This document shows positions 1 through 9,766 of a DNA stretch of 43,285 nt, in pieces; the stretch's first letter is position 1, and the number at the start of each line of letters is the position of its first letter. The notes below the pieces were generated by a model. The model was not told the DNA's origin and ran no database searches. It saw only the letters and a list, made by a program, of their open reading frames with translations. Source of the stretch: Ignavibacteria bacterium UBA6906 (GTDB taxonomy: Bacteria; Bacteroidota; Ignavibacteria; UBA10030; UBA6906); assembly GCA_002451155.1 (NCBI GenBank), contig DKBG01000288.1:7375-50659 (forward strand). The letters run 5' to 3'. Both the position numbers and the translations under genes were made by a program.

Positions 1-819
1 ATGAAAGACGGCGTCATCGCCGATTTCGAGATCGCCGAGGGAATGATGCGGGAATTCATTCGGAAGATTCACGCCACGTGGATGCCCAGCCGCAGAATCG
101 TCGTGTGCGTTCCAAGCGGGGTCACCGAAGTGGAGAAACGTGCGGTGCGCGATGCGGCCGAACACGCTGGCGCCAAAGAAGTACATCTCGTCGCGGAGCC
201 TATGGCGGCCGCGATCGGCGTCGGTCTGGATGTCGAGGCACCTGTCGGGAACATGATCGTCGACATCGGAGGCGGTACGACGGAAATCGCAGTCATCGCC
301 CTCTCGGGTATCGTGAACGAGGAGTCGATCCGGGTTGCAGGGGATGAAATGAACAACGCGATCATCCAATTCTTCAAAAAGAACCATAACATCCTGGTCG
401 GCGAGCGAACAGCTGAAGCCATCAAATGTGAGGTGGGATCAGCAATGCCTCTCCGCGAGGAAATCAGCATACGTGTGAAGGGACGCGACCTCGTCAACGG
501 AATTCCGAAAACCACCGAAGCAAGTTCAGTGGAAATCCGCGAAGCACTCAGTGAGCCCATCGCGCAGATCGTGGAAGCTGTCAAACTGACCCTCGAACGC
601 ACACCCCCCGAGCTCGCGGCCGATATCCTCGATCGCGGTATTATGCTGAGCGGAGGAGGAGCCCTTTTGAAAGGACTCGATGAGCGTCTCCGCCTCGAGA
701 CGAGTCTTCCTGTTCACGTGTCCGAAGACCCGCTCACGGCAGTCGTGCGCGGGACCGGAAAAATCCTCGAAAATCTCAACCGCTACTCCAGCGTCCTCAT
801 CAAGAGCAGGAGGTACTAA
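1..819 (+). CDS. mreB: Rod shape-determining actin-like protein MreB (5'-truncated by window edge)
   Basis: Motifs MKDGVIADF, VCVPSGVTEVEKRAV, EPMAAAIG, DIGGGTTE, LSGGGALL. The N-terminal DLGT phosphate-1 motif is missing, so the first ATG is internal. Followed by mreC. Confidence 0.97.
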   Translation: MKDGVIADFEIAEGMMREFIRKIHATWMPSRRIVVCVPSGVTEVEKRAVRDAAEHAGAKEVHLVAEPMAAAIGVGLDVEAPVGNMIVDIGGGTTEIAVIALSGIVNEESIRVAGDEMNNAIIQFFKKNHNILVGERTAEAIKCEVGSAMPLREEISIRVKGRDLVNGIPKTTEASSVEIREALSEPIAQIVEAVKLTLERTPPELAADILDRGIMLSGGGALLKGLDERLRLETSLPVHVSEDPLTAVVRGTGKILENLNRYSSVLIKSRRY

Positions 820-829
820 CTCCGCAACC

Positions 830-1657
830 ATGGTGAAGCGTCTCTACGACATCGTTCTTCTGTTCAAAGAGTACGTCGTCGTCGCCTTCCTGATCCTGAC
901 TTCGGTGTTCCTGTTGACTCTGAATGATACGGCGCAAATTCGCGTGCTCCGATCCTACGCCATCGTAGGCGTGGGACTCATGCAGAATGCGGTCAGCTTT
1001 ATCCCCAACTATTTTGATCTTCGGCGAGAGAACGATGTTCTGCGCAGAATGAACCTCGCGCTCTCCGATGAGGTCAGCAGGCTCCGGGAAGGTAGGCTTG
1101 AGAATCTTCGCCTCCGTCAGCTCCTTCTCCTCAAAGAGAGGGCGGAACACCGGTATGTCGCTGCAAACATTCTCGGGAAGAACCTCCAGCTCCTCCGCAA
1201 TACCGTCACGCTCAACGTCGGATCGGATGATGACGTCCTCCCCAATATGCCCATCGTGTCCGAAAGCGGCCTGGTAGGGAAGATCATCAGCACAACAGCG
1301 GGCTATTCCATCGGCCAGCTGCTGCTGAATAAAGACCTCCGTGTGAGTGCCAAAATCCAGCGCAGCCGGGTCGACGGGATCATCACATGGGAGGGAGGGC
1401 CGTATCTGACACTTCAGAATGTCGCTCGCACGGATGACGTGCAGCCGGGAGACCTTGTCATTACCTCGGAGTACAGTGCCTTTTTTCCGAAGGGGATCAG
1501 AATCGGCGTCGTCAATGACGCCCATCCGCTCCCCAGCTCGCTCTTTCAATCGGTGCATGTGCTTCCTGCCGTCGACTTCACGGAGCTTGAAGAAATCTTT
1601 GTCATGCAGTTCCAGCCGGACAGCAGCCGGATCATCCTGGAACAACGGAACAGGTAA
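830..1657 (+). CDS. mreC: Rod shape-determining protein MreC
   Basis: N-terminal TM segment, coiled coil (ENLRLRQLL), GLVGKI, GDLVITS, FPKGIRIG, PAVDF. Start moved to ATG 830 (MVKRLY), 10 nt after the mreB stop. Confidence 0.95.
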   Translation: MVKRLYDIVLLFKEYVVVAFLILTSVFLLTLNDTAQIRVLRSYAIVGVGLMQNAVSFIPNYFDLRRENDVLRRMNLALSDEVSRLREGRLENLRLRQLLLLKERAEHRYVAANILGKNLQLLRNTVTLNVGSDDDVLPNMPIVSESGLVGKIISTTAGYSIGQLLLNKDLRVSAKIQRSRVDGIITWEGGPYLTLQNVARTDDVQPGDLVITSEYSAFFPKGIRIGVVNDAHPLPSSLFQSVHVLPAVDFTELEEIFVMQFQPDSSRIILEQRNR

Positions 1658-2161
1658 ATGCTCACCCGCCGCCTCCTCCCGGACATCATCCTCTCGGCCC
1701 TGGTTCTCCTTCTTCAAACCACCGTCGTGGAGTTCCTGGCCGTTCACACAATCGTACCGGATCTTGTCCTTATCTGGATAGTGGTCACAGCACTCCGGCG
1801 GGGGCAGATACCCGCAACCGCGGCAGGGTTCAGCATGGGCCTTGTCCAGGATCTTGTCTCAGGCCCGGACGGGATGCTCGGACTCAGTGCCCTGACGAAA
1901 ACCATTGCCGGTTTCCTCGCGGGGTATTTCTACGCCGAAAACAAGACACCCCAGATACTCGGCAGCTACCGCCTGCTCCTGATTACAGGCATCGTCTCAC
2001 TTGTACATAACGCCCTCTATTTCGTACTATTTCTTCAGGGGTCGGGCATACGCTGGACCGACGGCATCCTGAGTTACGGCCTCCCGAGCACCGCCTACAC
2101 CGTGGCCGTGGCACTCATCCCGATGCTTATCTTCGCGCGCAAACAGGTTTCTTCACCATGA
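1658..2161 (+). CDS. mreD: Rod shape-determining membrane protein MreD
   Basis: Hydrophobic 167 aa with PDLVLI and GLVQDL...GLSAL. Abuts the mreC stop and overlaps mrdA (ATGA). Confidence 0.92.
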   Translation: MLTRRLLPDIILSALVLLLQTTVVEFLAVHTIVPDLVLIWIVVTALRRGQIPATAAGFSMGLVQDLVSGPDGMLGLSALTKTIAGFLAGYFYAENKTPQILGSYRLLLITGIVSLVHNALYFVLFLQGSGIRWTDGILSYGLPSTAYTVAVALIPMLIFARKQVSSP

Positions 2162-4002
2162 TGATCCTGGATGATATTGACCTCTATCGCAGACGGCGGG
2201 TGTTGTACCTCGTCCTCTTCTTCATTATGTGCGTCTTCGTCGCACGGCTGGTCCAGCTTCAGTTTCTCTATTTCGAGGAACTCGGCAAGAAGTCGAGCGA
2301 CAACAGCCTCCGGGAGATCCCGAAGGAGCCGGTCCGCGGATACATTTTCGACCGAACCGGCCGCCTGGTGGTCGACAACCGTCCCTCGTTCACCGTGACG
2401 ATCATGCCCTTTGAATTTGACAGGCGGAGAATCCCGGCTCTGGCCCGGCTCCTGTCGCTTGACCCGGCAGTTATCGCTGATCGACTGAAGATCGGTGAAG
2501 CGTATTCCCGCTTCGCTCCTGTAAAAATCCGTCGGGATCTTGATGTGGGGACACTCGCAACCCTGGAAGAGAACTCCGACAGACTGCCGGGGGTTGGCGT
2601 GCAGATCGAATCGAAACGGGCCTACATCACAGGAGCACACGCATCCCACGTCCTGGGCTACCTCAAAGAAATATCCGAGTCCCAGCTGCGCACCATGTCG
2701 GCCGAATATGCCCAGGGAGACGTGATCGGTTCGGCCGGAATTGAGGCAGAGTACGAAAGTCCGCTTCGCGGCGCCAAAGGGAAAGAATTGAGCGTGGTGA
2801 ACGTGCGTGGACAGGTAGTGGGAAGTTTCGAAAACGGACGGAACGATATCCTGCCTGTGGACGGCGAAAACCTGGTGCTCACCATGGACTTCGGCCTCCA
2901 GGCGTTTGCCGAATCGCTTATGGCAGATCGCCGCGGCGCCGTTGTTGCAATCGATCCGCGAAATGGCGGCGTGCTCGCCATGGTAAGCAAGCCGGACTAT
3001 GACCTCTCCCTCTTCAGCGGTGTTACATCGCCAGAGCTCTGGAAAGCACTGAATGGGGACGAATCGAAGCCCCTTTTCAACCGCGCGACCCTGACCCGGT
3101 ACCCGCCCGGGTCAACCTTCAAGATGATTGCCGCGATTGCAGCACTCGAAGGCAATGTTGTATCTCCGCACTGGCGGATCAACTGCACCGGTGCCTTCCG
3201 GTTTGGGAACAAAGTCTTCAAAGACCTGCATGTTCACGGATCCACGGATATGACCGAAGCCATCCAGAGATCATGCAATGTCTATTTCTACCAGCTCATG
3301 CTGAAAGTCGGGCTTGACTCGTGGGCCGACGTCGGCAGGAAGTTCGGATTCGGACAGCTTACCGGCATCGACATCACGGAGGAGAGTCCGGGACTTCTTC
3401 CCACAACCGGCTACATGAATCGACGGTACGGGGAGAAGGGCTGGACACGGGGATTCCTCGTCAGCCTCGGTATCGGCCAGGGAGAGCTCGGAGTCACACC
3501 GCTTCAGATGGCCTGCTATGCAATGGCGATTGGCAACAGGGGAGAGTTTTATCAGCCCCATACGGTCCTCGGAATCGCCAGCCGTAGCGAGGCAGGCCAT
3601 GTTGACACCCTTCTGTATCAGACCAGAAGAATCACCCTCGCTCCCTCTACCTGGTCTCTGGTCCGCGAGGGAATGCGCAGGGTCGTAATGGAGCAGGGCG
3701 GAACGGGAGGCCTCGCACGCATCCATGGACTGGAGGTCGCCGGAAAGACCGGCACGGCCCAGAATCCACACGGCCCCGATCACGCCTGGTTCATCGGATT
3801 CGCACCATTTGAGCAACCGGTGATTGCCATAGCGGTGCTGATTGAAAACGCCGGATACGGAGGTTCATTCGCCGCTCCAGTTGCGGGGAAATGCATGGAA
3901 CGGTTCATTTACGGATCCGTCCAGCAGCCACCGCCTCCCCGGACGGCGGCCATTACCGGGGTGATCGCCCCGGGTACGACGGGTGAAAGGAACAGCCAGT
4001 AG
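2158..4002 (+). CDS. mrdA: Penicillin-binding protein 2 (class B transpeptidase)
   Basis: TM anchor, RGYIFDRTG dimerisation motif, SxxK (STFK), SxN (SCN), KTG. Located in the mre operon. Confidence 0.96.
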   Translation: MMILDDIDLYRRRRVLYLVLFFIMCVFVARLVQLQFLYFEELGKKSSDNSLREIPKEPVRGYIFDRTGRLVVDNRPSFTVTIMPFEFDRRRIPALARLLSLDPAVIADRLKIGEAYSRFAPVKIRRDLDVGTLATLEENSDRLPGVGVQIESKRAYITGAHASHVLGYLKEISESQLRTMSAEYAQGDVIGSAGIEAEYESPLRGAKGKELSVVNVRGQVVGSFENGRNDILPVDGENLVLTMDFGLQAFAESLMADRRGAVVAIDPRNGGVLAMVSKPDYDLSLFSGVTSPELWKALNGDESKPLFNRATLTRYPPGSTFKMIAAIAALEGNVVSPHWRINCTGAFRFGNKVFKDLHVHGSTDMTEAIQRSCNVYFYQLMLKVGLDSWADVGRKFGFGQLTGIDITEESPGLLPTTGYMNRRYGEKGWTRGFLVSLGIGQGELGVTPLQMACYAMAIGNRGEFYQPHTVLGIASRSEAGHVDTLLYQTRRITLAPSTWSLVREGMRRVVMEQGGTGGLARIHGLEVAGKTGTAQNPHGPDHAWFIGFAPFEQPVIAIAVLIENAGYGGSFAAPVAGKCMERFIYGSVQQPPPPRTAAITGVIAPGTTGERNSQ

Positions 4003-4004
4003 CT

Positions 4005-5222
4005 ATGCTCAAGTACTTCACCGAATACTTCGACTACAGAACGCTCCTGCCGGTCCTCCTCCTTCTGGCCATTGGCCTTGGATCCGTCTACAGCGCGACA
4101 TTCGATGCCAGAGTCCCGGAGATCTTCTACAGACAGCTGGTGTGGGCTGTGGCGGGGCTCTTCATCGCTCTGGCAGTGGCGTTTGTACCACTCCGCTTGC
4201 TCCTGGCTGCTGCCTATCCCGCCTACTTCTTGGCCGTCTTCCTCCTCGTGTCAGTGCTCCTGATCGGCAAGACGGTCTCCGGTTCAACAAGCTGGTTCAG
4301 TCTCGGGGCACTCCGCCTGCAACCTTCGGAGTTCGCCAAGATTACCACCGCACTTGCCCTTGCGAAATACCTCGCACGCACCGAGGTCAGTCTTACGCAC
4401 CTGAAGTCACTCCTGATCGCGTCCGGGATTGTTCTCCTGCCCCTTGCACTGATTATGCTCCAGCCCGATACGGGGACGGCAATCATCTATATCGGGATGT
4501 ATCTACCGGTACTGTACTGGGGGGGAGCCTCGAGATTTACGATGACTGCAATCATCGGACCGGGAGTGGTCGCAATTGCCGCCCTGTTCGGGACAACGCC
4601 CTTTCTGATCGCAGTCCTGGCGGTGGGCCTCATACTCTACTATACAAGGGAGAACCGGATTGCAGCCGCGGTGGTGTTTTCGCTGATCGTCCTCATTGGC
4701 ATCTCGGTCCAGTTTTTCTATAATGGCCTGAAGCCCTACCAGCAAAAACGCATCGACACATTCCTCGACCCCGGCGCCGACCCTCTTGGCGCGGGATATA
4801 ATATCGTCCAGTCCAAAGTGGCAATTGGATCGGGCGGCCTCCTCGGCAAAGGGTTTCTACACGGGACCCAGACTCAGCTGAATTTCATCCCCGAACAATG
4901 GACGGACTTCATCTTCTGCGTTCCGGGAGAAGAATTCGGCTTCGTCGGGGCGATCACGGTGCTCGCGCTGCTCACCAGCGTTCTGGCGCGGGGATTGATG
5001 ATTGCAGCCTCCGCAAGAAATTCCTTTTCCAGCTACCTTGCAATTGCGCTCACATCGGTTGTTGCCGCCCACGTCTTCATCAACATCGGCATGTCGCTCG
5101 GCCTGCTCCCTGTTGTGGGAGTACCCCTTCCTTTCCTCAGTTATGGCGGATCGGCATTGCTGGCAACCATGATAATGATCGGACTCCTGATGAACCTCCA
5201 CGCACACCGGAAAGAATACTGA
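4005..5222 (+). CDS. rodA: SEDS peptidoglycan glycosyltransferase RodA
   Basis: LQPSEFAK, QPDTGT, GYNIVQSKVAIGSGG, PEQWTDFIF, PFLSYGGS. Starts 2 nt after mrdA. Confidence 0.96.
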   Translation: MLKYFTEYFDYRTLLPVLLLLAIGLGSVYSATFDARVPEIFYRQLVWAVAGLFIALAVAFVPLRLLLAAAYPAYFLAVFLLVSVLLIGKTVSGSTSWFSLGALRLQPSEFAKITTALALAKYLARTEVSLTHLKSLLIASGIVLLPLALIMLQPDTGTAIIYIGMYLPVLYWGGASRFTMTAIIGPGVVAIAALFGTTPFLIAVLAVGLILYYTRENRIAAAVVFSLIVLIGISVQFFYNGLKPYQQKRIDTFLDPGADPLGAGYNIVQSKVAIGSGGLLGKGFLHGTQTQLNFIPEQWTDFIFCVPGEEFGFVGAITVLALLTSVLARGLMIAASARNSFSSYLAIALTSVVAAHVFINIGMSLGLLPVVGVPLPFLSYGGSALLATMIMIGLLMNLHAHRKEY

Positions 5223-5225
5223 CCC

Positions 5226-7658
5226 ATGAAGAAAACACCCCGACGCGACCCGCGCGAACTCGTGCCCAATCAGCTCCGCTGGCAATGCACGCCTGCCGCA
5301 CTCGGCATCCGGGACATGACTGAAGTCACGCCGCTCAAGGAGATCATCGGGCAGGATCGTGCCCTGCGCGCCCTCAGGATGGGCCTGGCGATGAAACAGT
5401 ACGGGTACAATATCTATGTCACCGGAGCACAGGGCACGGGGCGGACGACAACCATCAAACAGATGCTGCAGGAATTCGAACACCAGCCTGCCACCCTGTC
5501 GGACAAATTGTATGTCCATAACTTCAAAGACCCCGACTCCCCCCTGTTCATCAGCCTCCCCGCCGGACAGGGAAAGACATTCAAGAAGGATATGGCAACC
5601 CTTCTTTCCGAGCTGCTGAAGAATATCCCCGCCGTATTCGAAAGCCGCCGCTACCAGGAACAGCGCAAGAACATGCTCGAGCATTTCCAGGACAGACAGC
5701 GAACGGTGCTGAAAGATTTCGAGAAGAAGGTGAAGGGAAAGGGATTCGAGGTGGTCCAGGTCCAGGGCGGGACAACCTCGCGCCCGGAAATCGCCCCCGT
5801 CGTTGACGGAAATCCCGTCGGCATGGACCAGATCCATGCCCGTGCGGATGCGGGTGAGATAACACGCGATGAGCTGAACCGGACAATCCAGCAACAGGCG
5901 GACCTCGAGAGTCAGATGGACCTTGTCATGCGGGAGATGCGAAATATCGAGCGCAAGGCGAAGCGCTCTCTCGAAGATCTCAACCACAAAGTGGTTGTTC
6001 CTGTCGTCGAAGAACTCATCTTTGATATCGAGGAACGATACAAATCTCCGACAATCCACGAGTACCTTCTCGAGGCAAAAAAGAACGTCGTCGACAACCT
6101 CTCCCGGTTCCACCAGAAGGAGGATTCCCAGCACTCCGTCCTGGGCATCCAGCTTCCCAAAGAAGAAGATTCCTTCATTGAGTTCCAGGTAAATGTCGTG
6201 GTTGACAACAGCGACGTAAAGGGCATTCCCGTCGTCATTGAAGGGAACCCCAAGTACAAGAACCTGTTCGGAACAATCGAGCGGGTAGTGGACCGCAACG
6301 GACTATGGCGTTCCGACTTCACACATATTAAAGCCGGCGCCATGCTGAAGGCCGACGGGGGGTTCCTGGTCATCCACGCCACCGATGCCCTCATCGAGCC
6401 TGGGGTCTGGATGACCATGAAGCGCATCCTGCGCAACCATCAGATCGAGATCCAGTCATTTGAATCAGGCTTCTTCGGCGCCTCATCCGCCCTGAAACCC
6501 GAGCCGATCGACCTGAACGTGAAAGTGATCATGATCGGAGATTCCTACACCTACCAGCTTCTCTATACACTCGATGAGGACTTTAAGGAAATTTTCAAGA
6601 TCCGTGCCGATTTCGATACGGAGATGCCGAATGCGGAAAAATCAATCCAGAGCTATATCGCGTTTATCAAGGCGGTCTGCAGCAAGGAACGCCTCCTCCC
6701 CTTCGATCTCACCGGCGTCGCCGAAGTGGTCGAGTACGGAGTGCGGCTCGCTGGACGACAGAATAAGCTTTCAACAAGGTTCAGCGTTCTCGCCGATGTC
6801 CTGCGGGAATCACACTACTGGGCCGAGACCGACGGCGCAACGGATATCACCGGACAGCATGTGCGCCGCGCAATCGCGGAGCGGATTGAACGCCTCCGAA
6901 TGATCGAGGAAAAGATTCAGGAGATGATTCTGGAGGGGTCCATCCTGATCGACACGGAGGGGACACAGGTAGGGCAGGTAAACGGGCTCTCGGTCTATCA
7001 GCTTGGAGAGCATGAGTTCGGACGGCCGTCACGGATCACCGCAAAGACCTCCATGGGACGCGCTGGTATCATCAATATCGAACGGGAGGCGGAGCTGAGC
7101 GGGCCGTCCCACAACAAGGGGGTCCTGATTCTCGCAGGGTATCTTCGGGACATGTACGCGCGAAGCAAGCCGCTTGTGCTCAGCGCCAGCATTGCGTTCG
7201 AACAGTCCTACTCGGGAATCGACGGGGATAGCGCCTCATCGACAGAAGTCTATGCACTGCTCTCAAGCCTCGCTGGCCTTCCTCTCCGCCAGGATATTGC
7301 CGTGACCGGCTCCATCAACCAGCATGGCGGCATTCAGCCCATCGGCGGAGTAAACCTCAAGGTCGAAGGCTTCTATGATGTCTGCAAGGCCCGGGGCCTG
7401 ACCGGCAAACAGGGAGTGATCATCCCGGCGCAGAACGTCAATGACCTGATGCTGCGCCACGATGTAGTAGACGCGGTGAAGGAAGGGACCTTCCACATCT
7501 ACGCGATTTCAGCCGTCGACGAGGGAATCGAGATCCTCACCGGGAAGAAGGCGGGGAAGCGCGTTCAGAACGGCAGGTTCGAGGCGGGGAGCGTGCATGC
7601 GCTCGTTGACGCCCGCCTGACTGACTACGCAAGGCGTCAGAAGAAATTCGGCGGCTAG
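5226..7658 (+). CDS. Lon-like (LonC/S16) protease with degenerate AAA+ module and long helical insertion
   Basis: IGQDRA, Walker A-like GAQGTGRTT, YVHNF..P, Walker B position GGFLVIHA, FKIRADFD. C-terminal Lon protease domain with DGDSASS (Ser) and GGVNLKVEGF (Lys). Confidence 0.9.
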   Translation: MKKTPRRDPRELVPNQLRWQCTPAALGIRDMTEVTPLKEIIGQDRALRALRMGLAMKQYGYNIYVTGAQGTGRTTTIKQMLQEFEHQPATLSDKLYVHNFKDPDSPLFISLPAGQGKTFKKDMATLLSELLKNIPAVFESRRYQEQRKNMLEHFQDRQRTVLKDFEKKVKGKGFEVVQVQGGTTSRPEIAPVVDGNPVGMDQIHARADAGEITRDELNRTIQQQADLESQMDLVMREMRNIERKAKRSLEDLNHKVVVPVVEELIFDIEERYKSPTIHEYLLEAKKNVVDNLSRFHQKEDSQHSVLGIQLPKEEDSFIEFQVNVVVDNSDVKGIPVVIEGNPKYKNLFGTIERVVDRNGLWRSDFTHIKAGAMLKADGGFLVIHATDALIEPGVWMTMKRILRNHQIEIQSFESGFFGASSALKPEPIDLNVKVIMIGDSYTYQLLYTLDEDFKEIFKIRADFDTEMPNAEKSIQSYIAFIKAVCSKERLLPFDLTGVAEVVEYGVRLAGRQNKLSTRFSVLADVLRESHYWAETDGATDITGQHVRRAIAERIERLRMIEEKIQEMILEGSILIDTEGTQVGQVNGLSVYQLGEHEFGRPSRITAKTSMGRAGIINIEREAELSGPSHNKGVLILAGYLRDMYARSKPLVLSASIAFEQSYSGIDGDSASSTEVYALLSSLAGLPLRQDIAVTGSINQHGGIQPIGGVNLKVEGFYDVCKARGLTGKQGVIIPAQNVNDLMLRHDVVDAVKEGTFHIYAISAVDEGIEILTGKKAGKRVQNGRFEAGSVHALVDARLTDYARRQKKFGG

Positions 7659-7717
7659 CCGGCTTCGAACAGGCTGTATCTATGTCTCCGGAACCCGGCC
7701 GGAAACCGGGAAGCACG

Positions 7718-9151
7718 ATGATGGACACCTCGGAATTCCGAAAACACGGCCACGAGCTGGTCGACTGGATGGCGGAGTATCTCGATCAGGTAGCCTCCTA
7801 CCCGGTCCGGCCAACCATCAAACCCGGCGACATCATCGCCCGTATCCCGCAACGTCCGCCCCGCGACGGCGAACCCTTCACGCTGATCTTCGAGGATTTC
7901 AAGCAGATCATCCTGCCCGGCATGACCCACTGGCAGAGCCCCAACTTCTTCGCCTACTTCCCCGCGAACAGCAGCCCGGAATCCGTTCTCGCGGAAATGT
8001 TGACCGCAACGCTCGGCGCACAGTGCATGAGCTGGATTACCTCTCCTGCGGCAACAGAGCTCGAAGAGCGCATGATGGAATGGCTGCGGGAAATGACCGG
8101 CCTTCCCGAAGACTGGCAGGGTGTCATCCAGGATACCGCGTCAACCGCCACCCTCTGTTCGCTGCTCACCGCCCGAGAGTCGCGCACCTCGTATGCCGTT
8201 AACACGACCGGCTTCGCACCCTCCATGCGGTTCACCGCCTATGCGTCCAGCGAAGCCCACTCATCCGTCGAAAAGGCGATCAAGATCGCCGGCATCGGGA
8301 AAGAAAATCTCAGAAAAATCAGAGTCGATGGCGCCTTCGCTATGATCCCCGAAGATCTTGAAGACGCCGTGCTCACAGACCTGCAACACGGGCATATCCC
8401 GCTTGCAGTCGTCGCAGCAGTCGGAACCACCGGCTCGACGGCTGTCGACCCGATTCGGCGAATCGGAGAAATCTGCAGGAAACATGGAATCTGGCTCCAT
8501 ATTGATGCCGCGTTTGCGGGATCCGCGCTCCTGCTGCCGGACAAACGCTGGATGATCGATGGTATCGAATACGCAGATTCTTTTGTTTTTAATCCGCATA
8601 AATGGATGTTTACCAACTTCGACTGCTCCGCCTACTTCGTGCGGGACGTTGATGCCCTCGTCAGAACCTTCGAGATTCTTCCCGAATACCTGAAAACCTC
8701 GGAGAGTGATCGGGTCAATAACTACCGTGACTGGGGGATCCAGCTCGGCAGAAGGTTTCGGGCCCTCAAACTCTGGTTCGTGATACGGGGCTATGGTGTG
8801 AAAGGACTCCAAAGTGTGATCCGCCACCATATTGAGATTGCTGAACGCCAGGCGGAACGAATTCGTCATCACCCCGATTTTGAACTCCTTGCTCCAGTCC
8901 CGCTGAACACGATCTGCTTCAGATACCACCCGAGCGGAATCCACGACGAAGGCTTCCTGAACCGCGTCAATGGCGCTCTCCTCGAATCGCTGAATGCGAC
9001 CGGCGCGATGTTTCTCACACACACGAAACTGAATGGCCGGTTTACGCTCCGGATGGTTATCGGTCAGACGCGCGTAACAGAAAATGACGTTCTGGCCGCC
9101 TGGGAACGAATCCAGGAGTCCGCCGCCCGGGTCCGCGCCGAATCCTCCTGA
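7718..9151 (+). CDS. PLP-dependent group II decarboxylase, aromatic-L-amino-acid decarboxylase-like
   Basis: PGMTHWQSPNFFAYFP, SPAATELE, AHSSVEKA, HIDAAFAG, NPHKW (PLP lysine), LGRRFRALKLWFV. Start is ATG 7718 or 7721; 7682 is also possible. Confidence 0.92.
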   Translation: MMDTSEFRKHGHELVDWMAEYLDQVASYPVRPTIKPGDIIARIPQRPPRDGEPFTLIFEDFKQIILPGMTHWQSPNFFAYFPANSSPESVLAEMLTATLGAQCMSWITSPAATELEERMMEWLREMTGLPEDWQGVIQDTASTATLCSLLTARESRTSYAVNTTGFAPSMRFTAYASSEAHSSVEKAIKIAGIGKENLRKIRVDGAFAMIPEDLEDAVLTDLQHGHIPLAVVAAVGTTGSTAVDPIRRIGEICRKHGIWLHIDAAFAGSALLLPDKRWMIDGIEYADSFVFNPHKWMFTNFDCSAYFVRDVDALVRTFEILPEYLKTSESDRVNNYRDWGIQLGRRFRALKLWFVIRGYGVKGLQSVIRHHIEIAERQAERIRHHPDFELLAPVPLNTICFRYHPSGIHDEGFLNRVNGALLESLNATGAMFLTHTKLNGRFTLRMVIGQTRVTENDVLAAWERIQESAARVRAESS

Positions 9152-9179
9152 TCCCGCCCCGGGTTGATCTGCGCTCGTG

Positions 9180-9209
9180 TTGGATTTTCGCCGGCGGCTA
9201 GACTACATT
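9180..9209 (+). promoter_or_regulatory. Putative housekeeping-sigma promoter for the IorAB-like genes
   Basis: TTGGAT-N18-TACATT in the intergenic region. Same style as other promoters in the window. Confidence 0.45.
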
Positions 9210-9298
9210 AGTCGGGAGAAGACGCCTGCACCGTCCGGGGCCCATCCCCGGCTCTGCGGGCGGACCACCCTCGGCCATTCATCCAGCGGAGGCCCCTC

Positions 9299-9766
9299 AT
9301 GGCTTCACTCTCTCTCACCGTCAACGGCGAAAAGAAAACGCTCGACGTTGATCCCGATACCCCCCTGCTCTGGGTCCTTCGAGACCACCTTGAGATGACA
9401 GGCACAAAGTTCGGCTGTGGGCGCGGATTGTGCGGTTCCTGTGTTGTCCTCTCCGACGATGCGCCGATACGGTCGTGCATCACACCGGTGGGGCTCGTCA
9501 ATGGAAAATCCATTCTCACCATTGAGGGGCTTTCTTCCACGAGAGACCATCCGGTCCAGAAGGCCTGGATCAGCGAAGAGGTCCCCCAGTGCGGGTACTG
9601 CCAGTCCGGACAGATCATGTCGGCGGTCGCGCTGCTCAAACGGGTTCCCCATCCGACGGACGCGGAGATCAACCAGGCGATGGGAGATGTTCTCTGCCGC
9701 TGTGGCACGTACCAGCGTATTCGCCGTGCAATCCACCAGGCTGCAGAGGCCGGAGGTGGGCAATGA
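9299..9766 (+). CDS. 2x[2Fe-2S] small subunit, xanthine dehydrogenase family (IorA/CoxS-like)
   Basis: [14 protein letters not shown]...[28 protein letters not shown] upstream. Confidence 0.94.
   Translation: MASLSLTVNGEKKTLDVDPDTPLLWVLRDHLEMTGTKFGCGRGLCGSCVVLSDDAPIRSCITPVGLVNGKSILTIEGLSSTRDHPVQKAWISEEVPQCGYCQSGQIMSAVALLKRVPHPTDAEINQAMGDVLCRCGTYQRIRRAIHQAAEAGGGQ

Noticed and set aside
680-829. N-terminal extensions in the ORF track (mreC from 680, IorB-like from 9589, GNAT from 16338, propeller from 17056, gatC from 25158, peptidase from 30045)
   Set aside because: They overlap upstream genes or precede the family N-terminus or signal peptide. Downstream ATGs fit better.
4857-6134. 425-aa minus-strand ORF, and other long antisense ORFs such as 800-1747, 12191-13429, 19660-20595 and 24983-25900
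   Set aside because: They lie opposite well-supported genes and have no recognisable motifs, as expected for shadow ORFs in GC-rich coding DNA.
9210-9298. Moco riboswitch upstream of the molybdoenzyme
   Set aside because: The leader is short and lacks the conserved elements I recall for that motif.
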